NCBI GenBank assembly: GCA_027728065.1
Contig: JAQBVO010000006.1
Span: 5,815-69,814, forward strand
From: Actinomycetota bacterium
Lineage (GTDB): Bacteria; Actinomycetota; Actinomycetes; Nanopelagicales; Nanopelagicaceae
Direction: 5' to 3'
Length of the DNA stretch: 64,000 bases
The notes beneath the pieces were generated by a model. That model ran no database searches and had not been told where the DNA came from. It saw only the letters and a list, made by a program, of their open reading frames with translations. Of the stretch, positions 57,125 to 64,000 are shown piece by piece. The position numbers and the translations under genes were made by a program. Within the stretch, counting starts at the first letter, position 1. Each line of letters begins with the position of its first letter.

Positions 57125-58126
57125 TTAAATCGTAAGAATCTCAGATTTTGTAACAAATGCGGCCGATATCTGCGCATTTTCAGCGACCTCGGCACCAGCT
57201 GCGACAAATGAATCGCTGATGATTGCACCTTTGCCAACTACCGCCCCACTCTCGATGATTGAGCCACGCACATGCGCCTGAGGCGCGATAGTTGCACCTG
57301 CACCGATGCACGATCCCTGATCGATTACGGCGCTGGCATCAACGCGTGCCGTTGCCATGATCAGGCAATGCTGATCATGATGGGCAACATCTGCCATCTC
57401 TAGCGCCGGTGCATCGGCAATCCCAGATACTAAGTCCCTTGAACCCTTTAATAAGGCCTGCGGTGTTCCAATATCGAGCCAATAGGAGTTATCAATATAG
57501 CTAAAGACTTGTGCCGCATCGCTAATGAGTTGGGGAAAGCTCTCTCGCTCCACACTTATGACGGTATTGAGTGGAATTGATTGCACAACCTTCGGATTAA
57601 AGAGATAGCAACCGGCATTAATTGTGTTGGCAACTGGCTTATCCATCTTCTCTAAAAACGCTATAACTCGACCTTGCGAGTCGCTAGGAACACATCCATA
57701 TGCCCGTGCATCTGCGACAGTAGTTAAGTGCAGAGTTAGATCGGCTTTATTAGCCTCGTGCTGGCGGATTTGTTCACCGAGATTATGTGAACTTAAGACA
57801 TCGCCATTAATAACAACTATCGATTCATGTGTATCTAATAACTGTGCAGCGTTAGCGATTGCACCCCCCGTGCCAAGTGGGGATTTTTCTACGGCATATA
57901 AGAGCTTCATGCCCCATTTCGATCCATCTCCAAAATATGGGGTGAAGAGATCGGATAAATATGATGTTGCAAGTACAACGGTTGTGATACCGGCATTGCG
58001 CGCCATCGCTAATTGATGCTCTGTCACAGGTAATCCTGCAACAGTGAGCATGGGTTTAGGTGTGTACTTGGTTAATGGCATTAAGCGTGTGCCAAGGCCA
58101 CCGACTAAGAGAATGCCAACGGCCAT
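57125..58126 (-). CDS. NDP-sugar synthase (mannose-1-phosphate guanylyltransferase-like)
   Basis: LVGGLGTRLMPLT..PKPML, PLGTGGAI, NGDVLS, FLEK, WLDIGTP, C-terminal left-handed beta-helix. Confidence 0.88.
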   Translation of the reverse strand: MAVGILLVGGLGTRLMPLTKYTPKPMLTVAGLPVTEHQLAMARNAGITTVVLATSYLSDLFTPYFGDGSKWGMKLLYAVEKSPLGTGGAIANAAQLLDTHESIVVINGDVLSSHNLGEQIRQHEANKADLTLHLTTVADARAYGCVPSDSQGRVIAFLEKMDKPVANTINAGCYLFNPKVVQSIPLNTVISVERESFPQLISDAAQVFSYIDNSYWLDIGTPQALLKGSRDLVSGIADAPALEMADVAHHDQHCLIMATARVDASAVIDQGSCIGAGATIAPQAHVRGSIIESGAVVGKGAIISDSFVAAGAEVAENAQISAAFVTKSEILTI

Positions 58127-58130
58127 TGCG

Positions 58131-59195
58131 CTAGGCCTTCAAGCGCGAGATTGCATCGATAATCTGGGCATCGGTTGCAGTCATTGCTAGGCGTATATAT
58201 CGCGCTCCGGAGGCTCCATAAAAGCTACCAGGTGTAGCCAAGATTCCGCGTTGGGCCAACCACTCAACACTTGTCCATGCATCCTCATCGCGCGTGCACC
58301 AAAGATATAAACCCGAGTTACTAAACTCGATACGAAAACCAACTGCCTCCAGAGCAGGGCGCAGCAATTCGCGTCTTTGGTTATAGCGAGCGCGTTGTTG
58401 GATAACGTGCGAGTCATCGCTAAGAGCAACGGTCATCGCTTTTTGTACAGGTAATGCCACCATCATTCCGGCATGCTTTCGAAGTTCGCGGATTCGGGCG
58501 ATAAGCATCGAATCACCGATAATGAATGCGGCGCGATAGCCAGCCATCGATGAGCGCTTTGATAATGAATGCACCGCCAGAATGTTTTTGTTATCTCCAC
58601 CGGTTTGAGATAAAATTGAGAACGAAGTTGCGGTGTGATCAAACTCAACGTAGCACTCATCGCAGATTAAAACCGCATCGTTACCCCTTGCCCATGCAAT
58701 TGCCGCTTTAACCTCATCGATACTGTGCACTCGACCCGTAGGGTTAGATGGAGAGTTAAGCCAAGCTAAATCTGCTTCTGGCCATTGGCGGGCATCTATA
58801 TCTACGCGAATCGATTCGGCCTGGGCGATTAATGCACCAACGTGATAAGTCGGATAGGCAATCTGTGGAATTAAAACTTTTTCTGACTCAAGAATCGTTG
58901 GAAGCCATGCCACTAACTCTTTAGATCCAATAAGCGGAAGTACATCAAAATCACCGCTTGCACCTAATCGTTGGATGGCCCATTTTTTTATCGCGGCGCG
59001 AAGTTCTGGGGTTCCAGCAGTTACGGGATAACTTGGAGAGTTAGATGCATCGCGAAAGGCTTTTTGAATGAACTCAGGGGTCGGATCAACTGGCGTACCT
59101 TGCGATAAATCAATGATTCCACCTACATGCGCGCGCGCAATCTCACCAAATGGCAATAACGCATCCCATGGAAAATCTGGGAGTTGTTCGCGCAA
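58131..59195 (-). CDS. dapC: Succinyldiaminopimelate transaminase
   Basis: LPDFPWDAL, DLSQGTPVDPTP, LNSPSNPTG, SLSKRSSMAGYR; downstream of fdxA as in other actinobacteria. Confidence 0.92.
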   Translation of the reverse strand: MREQLPDFPWDALLPFGEIARAHVGGIIDLSQGTPVDPTPEFIQKAFRDASNSPSYPVTAGTPELRAAIKKWAIQRLGASGDFDVLPLIGSKELVAWLPTILESEKVLIPQIAYPTYHVGALIAQAESIRVDIDARQWPEADLAWLNSPSNPTGRVHSIDEVKAAIAWARGNDAVLICDECYVEFDHTATSFSILSQTGGDNKNILAVHSLSKRSSMAGYRAAFIIGDSMLIARIRELRKHAGMMVALPVQKAMTVALSDDSHVIQQRARYNQRRELLRPALEAVGFRIEFSNSGLYLWCTRDEDAWTSVEWLAQRGILATPGSFYGASGARYIRLAMTATDAQIIDAISRLKA

Positions 59196-59201
59196 AGACT
59201 C

Positions 59202-59522
59202 TTACTCGCTTTTTGGCGCAAGGGCGGCTATTTGTGGGTGATCACTATTAGAGGGACCCATCTTGGCCGCACCGCCTGGAGAGCCAATTTCGACGAAGAA
59301 CTCGGTGTTGATTTTTAATGAGTCTTTCCACTGCGGCGGGACATCATCTTCATAGTAGATAGCCTCGACGGGGCAGACCGGTTCGCAGGCTCCACAGTCG
59401 ACACACTCATCGGGCTGGATATACAACATCCGTGAGCCTTCGTAGATACAGTCCACAGGACATTCGGCGATGCAGGATTTATCTTTTACATCGACACATG
59501 GCTCTGCAATTATGTAGGTCAC
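59202..59522 (-). CDS. fdxA: 7Fe ferredoxin
   Basis: TYIIAEPCVDVKDKSCIAECPVDCIY, CVDCGACEPVCP; GTG start at 59522 with GGAGG Shine-Dalgarno (ORF track begins at 59636). Confidence 0.95.
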   Translation of the reverse strand: MTYIIAEPCVDVKDKSCIAECPVDCIYEGSRMLYIQPDECVDCGACEPVCPVEAIYYEDDVPPQWKDSLKINTEFFVEIGSPGGAAKMGPSNSDHPQIAALAPKSE

Positions 59523-59618
59523 GTCTTTTCCTCCAAATGTTAGTGAGCTGGACTGGGATGATTGTAATCGCATTGGGCTATCACGCGCGATATTGAAGTA
59601 AGGGTTTATCGTTATGTC

Positions 59619-59819
59619 ATGGTAGCCGAGCTCCAAAGGCGATTTGAAGCCTTAATAGGCAAGCGCCTAACCATTCGCCTTCACAATCCCGGTGGGGGCT
59701 TTCGCGATATCGTGGGGATTTTAGAGAACACACACTCACTGCGTAATCGACATGGCCAACTTATCGAGTTCTCTCATGATGAGATTTTTATCTGGCGGGA
59801 AGTAATTGCCAAACCATGA
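59619..59819 (+). CDS. Small hypothetical protein resembling the N-terminal beta-barrel of actinobacterial fdxA-adjacent GNAT proteins
   Basis: GKRLTIR...FRDIVGIL pattern; TATCGT -10 box 6 nt before ATG; ATGA overlap with cysS. Confidence 0.55.
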   Translation: MVAELQRRFEALIGKRLTIRLHNPGGGFRDIVGILENTHSLRNRHGQLIEFSHDEIFIWREVIAKP

Positions 59820-61183
59820 CACTTTCAATCTATGACACGCTCACTCGCACAGTTAAACCAGTCTCATCTAGCAATGGACGAACGACTATGTATTGCTGCG
59901 GTCCTACCGTCTATCGAGATGCCCATGTGGGTAACCTGCGCACTTTTGTGCTCTCAGATCTCATACGGCGAAGTATTGAGATTACTGGGGGTAGGGTCGA
60001 ACTAATTCAAAATATCACCGATGTAGGCCACATGTCGCAAGATGTGATTGGTGAGGACAAAATGCTCACTCAAGCCGAGGCAGAAAATAAAGATCCCTTT
60101 AAGATGGCGCGAGAATATGAAGCGAACTTTCATAAAGATTTGGCCCTGCTCAATGTGATAACTGCCGATAAATATCCTCGCGCCAGTGAATCAATAGATT
60201 TGATGATTGCAATGATTACCCAGTTAATCTCCAAGGGTTTTGCCTATGTTGGCAGCGATGGGTCGGTCTACTTTGATGCACATGCATATGAAAGTTACGG
60301 GCAGATTAGTGGCAACCATTTGGATGCGCTCAAACCAGGTCACCGATTTGAATACAGCGATGAGACAGGGAAGGGCTTTCACGCAGATTGGGCGCTCTGG
60401 AAAAACGCTGGAGCGCGCACCCAGATGATTTGGGACTCACCATGGGGTCCAGGTTTTCCAGGCTGGCATATCGAATGTTCGGCAATGTCCATGGAGTTTT
60501 TAAATAACCATGTTGATGTCCATATCGGTGGAATCGATCTACGTTTTCCGCACCATGAGAATGAACGAGCACAATCCAATTCATTTATTGGTACTGAAAC
60601 CGTTGATTTATGGGTTCATGGAGAACACCTTCTATTTGAAGGAGGCAAGATGTCAAAGAGTTCAGGAAATGTAGTTCTACTCTCTGATCTGATTGCGCGT
60701 GATTTAGATCCACTTGCAGCCCGCTTGTGCTTTCTTGAAAACCGATTCCGCTCACAAATGGATTTAACATGGGCATCCTTAGAAAGTGCCAATATGACCC
60801 TGGCTAAGTGGCGCAAGAAGATGGCTCAATGGGGAGATTCTCTTGAAAAAACTGTGGACCAAGAGTTCCTGAACGCTATAGAAACCGATCTTGATGCACC
60901 TCGCGCCCTCCAACGTTTACGTGCAGTTGAAAAAAGTACCCAGATCGGTGATGGCGATAAACGAGCCATATTCATATACGCCGATAAGGTTCTGGGTCTA
61001 GATTTAGCGCGGACAAAGTTAAATAAAGCTATCTCCCAGGAGCAACAGAGCCTTCTCGATGCGCGACTTGCCGCCCGTGCGCAAAAACGCTGGAGCGATA
61101 GCGATGTAATACGCGCTAAGTTAGAGGCTAGCGGCCTTGAGATTAGCGATAGTGCAGATGGACACGAATGGAGTTGGCGCTAA
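59816..61183 (+). CDS. cysS: Cysteine--tRNA ligase
   Basis: YCCGPTVY..AHVGN, DWALWK, GFPGWHIECSAM, GGIDLRFPHHENE, KMSKS; C-terminal anticodon-binding domain. Confidence 0.93.
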   Translation: MTLSIYDTLTRTVKPVSSSNGRTTMYCCGPTVYRDAHVGNLRTFVLSDLIRRSIEITGGRVELIQNITDVGHMSQDVIGEDKMLTQAEAENKDPFKMAREYEANFHKDLALLNVITADKYPRASESIDLMIAMITQLISKGFAYVGSDGSVYFDAHAYESYGQISGNHLDALKPGHRFEYSDETGKGFHADWALWKNAGARTQMIWDSPWGPGFPGWHIECSAMSMEFLNNHVDVHIGGIDLRFPHHENERAQSNSFIGTETVDLWVHGEHLLFEGGKMSKSSGNVVLLSDLIARDLDPLAARLCFLENRFRSQMDLTWASLESANMTLAKWRKKMAQWGDSLEKTVDQEFLNAIETDLDAPRALQRLRAVEKSTQIGDGDKRAIFIYADKVLGLDLARTKLNKAISQEQQSLLDARLAARAQKRWSDSDVIRAKLEASGLEISDSADGHEWSWR

Positions 61184-61491
61184 AGAGGCAGCAATATTGC
61201 AAGAAGTAGAATTAGAAATCCGCCATTAATGAGCGAGGTTCCAATTGCAGTCCCCTCGATTAAATACTCATCACTGACCCCCGGAAAACCCGCCCGCAGT
61301 ACAACGAGCATCCACACAAAACTTGCAAGCAGACGTAGATTGCGCCCACCCCATATTCGCCCAATGCTCCAGATGCCGGCGCAGGTTGCTGCCAGAGAAA
61401 AAAGTAATCCAAATGGAGTTACGGATGCGTGCAAGAAGACCGAACCCGCACCTAGCCCTGCACCGAAAATTACGGCGTAAATGAATCGCAT
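61180..61491 (-). CDS. Small membrane protein downstream of mshB (DUF6113-like)
   Basis: Four hydrophobic segments; position after mshB. Confidence 0.6.
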   Translation of the reverse strand: MRFIYAVIFGAGLGAGSVFLHASVTPFGLLFSLAATCAGIWSIGRIWGGRNLRLLASFVWMLVVLRAGFPGVSDEYLIEGTAIGTSLINGGFLILLLAILLPL

Positions 61492-62345
61492 CAGAGCACA
61501 ATCCCTGCAGTTAAATCAGTTTCGCGACCATCGCTATCAAAAGGTGGGGATTTTTTACCATGCACAAGCGTGTAGTACTCATCTCCCCAAATCGCAAGAC
61601 CCAAGTTATTAGATAGAGCAAAGAATGGACCATCGAGTGTGATCTGAGTCTCATGCGCCTTCATCGCTGCCATCTTGGCATCGACGAATTCAGAGCCATC
61701 GATCAAGGTTGTAACAAATGAATCATCTTTTGCATAGGGAATCTCATCGATATTATCACTGCCAAAGAATTCAGAGCCAACTTCCTTCATTGCAGCCATA
61801 CCGGCAGCGATTACTGACTTAGGTATCGTGTTCCAATAAATCTTCTCGATCTTCCACTCTGAGAGCTCGCTAGCGCGCATCGCAACAAGGTGAGCTTTAA
61901 TGTGATCAGGGTGGCCATAACCACCAATCTCATCGTAGGTAATCAAGATATGTGGCTTTAGCTCATTAATAATTGTTGCAAGTAGATTAGCTGCAGTATC
62001 CAGATCGGCCTGCCAAAAGACATCGGGTTGAGTATTAGTCTGGGTTCCCATCATTCCGCTATCGCGGAAATTACCTAAGAAGCGGTGATCGCTAACTCCA
62101 AGTGCGCGCATGGCATTGCGCAGTTCGATTTCACGATGTACGCCCAGGCCATCATCCTGGGCGCTTGCAAGGTGCGAGAGTCCAGGTACAAGAATTTCGC
62201 CTTCTTCACCCCGTGTGCATGTAATAAGTGTTACTTGGGCACCACGGGCTGCATACAGAGCCATCGTTGCACCGTTGTTAATAGTTTCATCATCGGGGTG
62301 GGCGTGCACTAAGAGAATTCGAAAACCGGCGTATGAATCCTGCAT
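61491..62345 (-). CDS. mshB: GlcNAc-Ins deacetylase (mycothiol biosynthesis)
   Basis: VHAHPDDETINNGATMA, TCTRGEEGE, RDSGMMG, GGYGHPDHI, AHETQI, FALSN. Confidence 0.93.
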   Translation of the reverse strand: MQDSYAGFRILLVHAHPDDETINNGATMALYAARGAQVTLITCTRGEEGEILVPGLSHLASAQDDGLGVHREIELRNAMRALGVSDHRFLGNFRDSGMMGTQTNTQPDVFWQADLDTAANLLATIINELKPHILITYDEIGGYGHPDHIKAHLVAMRASELSEWKIEKIYWNTIPKSVIAAGMAAMKEVGSEFFGSDNIDEIPYAKDDSFVTTLIDGSEFVDAKMAAMKAHETQITLDGPFFALSNNLGLAIWGDEYYTLVHGKKSPPFDSDGRETDLTAGIVL

Positions 62346-63496
62346 TAATACACTGTACCCGTTGGATCAACGTGCTCCGTCCAAGCAAGCATGCCGCCCT
62401 CAACATGTGTTGCATCACCAAAGCCAGCGTTTTTTAATATAGCCAGTGATGTTGCAGATCGCATACCTGCATGACAGTGCAAGATGATCGGCTTATCTCT
62501 TGGCAATATTTCGATGGCACTGCCATCGATAAAGCGTGAGAGTGGTATCAAAACTGAACCGGGAATACGTACGATTTCAAACTCATATGGCTCGCGTACA
62601 TCAACCAATAGGAAATCATCGCCGTTATCCATCTTTGCCTTAAGTTCTCTGGCAGTAATATGCGACAGGGTGGTTCTTGCGCAGAAGGCATCATAATCAT
62701 CGGCAAGGCCATGTTGAGTTGGGTTATTTCCGCAAATAACGCAGCTCGGATCTTTGGAAACTTTAATAGTGCGATAACTCATCGCTAAAGCGTCGTAAAT
62801 CATGAGCGAACCAATAAGTGGTTCACCTATTCCAGTTATGAGTTTGATCGCCTCTGTTGCCTGAATCGATCCGATCGATGCGCATAGCACTCCCAGCACT
62901 CCAGCTTCGGCGCAGTTAGGTGTATCGGCGGCAGGTTCTGGGTGAAGACAGCGATAACACGGGCCATAGTCAGAGAAAAAGACCGTGGCTTGCCCATCGA
63001 ATCGAAGTACTGAACCCCAAATATATGGCTTCTTCAAGAGTACGCAGGCATCATTTATTAAATATCTTGTGGCAAAGTTATCTGTGCCATCAATAATTAC
63101 ATCGTAATCTTTCAATATCTCCATAGCGTTTGACCTATCTAAACGCACTTGATGTATGACTACCTGCACATGAGGGTTGATTTCAACGATTTTTGCTTGC
63201 GCGCTCTCTGCCTTACTTCTTCTAATATCACTCTGTCCATGAATTATCTGCCGTTGTAGATTTGAATCATCGACCATATCAAACTCCACAATGCCAAGTG
63301 TTCCAATACCAGCGGCAGCTAAATACATTAAAACTGGAGATCCCAAACCACCAGCACCTATACATACAACCTTGGCGGTTTTTAAACGCTCCTGGCCCGC
63401 CAACGATATCTGGGGAATAACGGTGTGGCGACTGTATCGACGGGCTTCATCAGCGCCTAGCACAGCGCGCGCGTCTACTAAGGGTGGAATCTTCAT
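62345..63496 (-). CDS. moeZ: Adenylyltransferase/sulfurtransferase MoeZ (ThiF plus rhodanese domains)
   Basis: RYSRH, GAGGLG, SNLQRQ, DGTDNF, CYRC, rhodanese domain DVREP..HCHAGMRS; start set at ATG 63496. Confidence 0.9.
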   Translation of the reverse strand: MKIPPLVDARAVLGADEARRYSRHTVIPQISLAGQERLKTAKVVCIGAGGLGSPVLMYLAAAGIGTLGIVEFDMVDDSNLQRQIIHGQSDIRRSKAESAQAKIVEINPHVQVVIHQVRLDRSNAMEILKDYDVIIDGTDNFATRYLINDACVLLKKPYIWGSVLRFDGQATVFFSDYGPCYRCLHPEPAADTPNCAEAGVLGVLCASIGSIQATEAIKLITGIGEPLIGSLMIYDALAMSYRTIKVSKDPSCVICGNNPTQHGLADDYDAFCARTTLSHITARELKAKMDNGDDFLLVDVREPYEFEIVRIPGSVLIPLSRFIDGSAIEILPRDKPIILHCHAGMRSATSLAILKNAGFGDATHVEGGMLAWTEHVDPTGTVY

Positions 63497-63590
63497 AGAA
63501 TCCCAATTCTGCCGTAGTTGCCTCAAGGTTGCTACTTTTTAAAGGAAAAGTATTGCGACAAAAGATGCATTGCCCCCTACGATTGCACTA

Positions 63591-64000
63591 ATGAGTACTG
63601 CAGATATAGCTAATAAGCCACGGTTACCGCGAGATGAGCGCCGAGCACTGCTCCTCTCGGCCGCGCTTGAAGTATTTACCGTTGCCGGTTATCACTCTGC
63701 GGCCATGGATGAGATCGCTGATCGAGCAAATGTCAGTAAGCCAGTTTTGTATCAGCACTTTCCATCTAAACTTGAACTTTATTTAGCCGTTCTTGATCTG
63801 CACATTGACTCGCTTGTATTTGAAATTCAGAGGGCTATTGCATCAACCCCAGATAATGCCAACCGTGTCCATGCAACTGTGAGTGCTTACTTTTCCTTCA
63901 TTGAAAAAGAGGGTGAAGCATTTAGATTGCTATTTGAAAGTGATATGAGCATCGAATCATCTGTACGAGAGAGACTCAATCGCATGACTTACGACTGTGC
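63591..64000 (+). CDS. TetR/AcrR family regulator (Rv3208-like), truncated by the window end
   Basis: MSTADIANKPRLPRDERRALLLSAALEVF...AMDEIADRANVSKPVLYQHFPSKLELY; TACGAT -10 box 7 nt before ATG; not in the ORF track. Confidence 0.9.
   Translation, partial: MSTADIANKPRLPRDERRALLLSAALEVFTVAGYHSAAMDEIADRANVSKPVLYQHFPSKLELYLAVLDLHIDSLVFEIQRAIASTPDNANRVHATVSAYFSFIEKEGEAFRLLFESDMSIESSVRERLNRMTYDC

Noticed and set aside
59816-61183. cysS-like gene near mshB might be mshC
   Set aside because: It has CGPTVY (MshC has CGITPY) and a C-terminal anticodon-binding domain, so it is a true CysRS

Overview
Actinobacterial chromosome segment. The compact intergenic spacing, whiB1/whiB2, mtrAB, pdtaS, mshB and moeZ suggest a streamlined freshwater acI/Nanopelagicales-like genome; the taxonomy is inferred. 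Roughly 22.6-64 kb is mostly core: argG, a PhoPR-like two-component system, a broken GH13 glucosidase, transsulfuration genes, msrAB, tRNA-Arg(CCG), whiB1-pdtaS, secA, mtrAB, ahcY, manB, a large GT2 gene, whiB2, dapC, fdxA, cysS, mshB and moeZ. Roughly 1-22.6 kb looks like a stack of accessory cassettes, each edged by a scar. (i) An AT-rich NitT/TauT-type ABC importer followed by a LacI relic. (ii) A ROK kinase, bicupin and NagB-like gene set, with non-canonical active-site motifs in the ROK and NagB-like proteins, lying between two tRNA 3'-end relics. (iii) A purine-to-allantoin catabolic cassette (Xdh, 8-oxoguanine deaminase, uricase, UraH, UraD, XdhC, MocA) flanked by an 87-88 bp direct repeat and complementary halves of a dead arsC. 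(iv) A NodPQ-like PAPS module (cysD-cysNC-tauE) with two divergent paralogous sulfotransferases and no sulfate-reduction genes. Other points of interest: an in-frame 78-bp tandem duplication in the MtrB sensor region whose 4 differences are all non-synonymous, a short non-actinobacterial-type AhcY at the usual locus, an McdR/BldO-like operator at whiB2, and widespread leaderless promoter architecture. No integrase, transposase, CRISPR array or rRNA was seen. All calls come from reading motifs by eye; no database searches were run.
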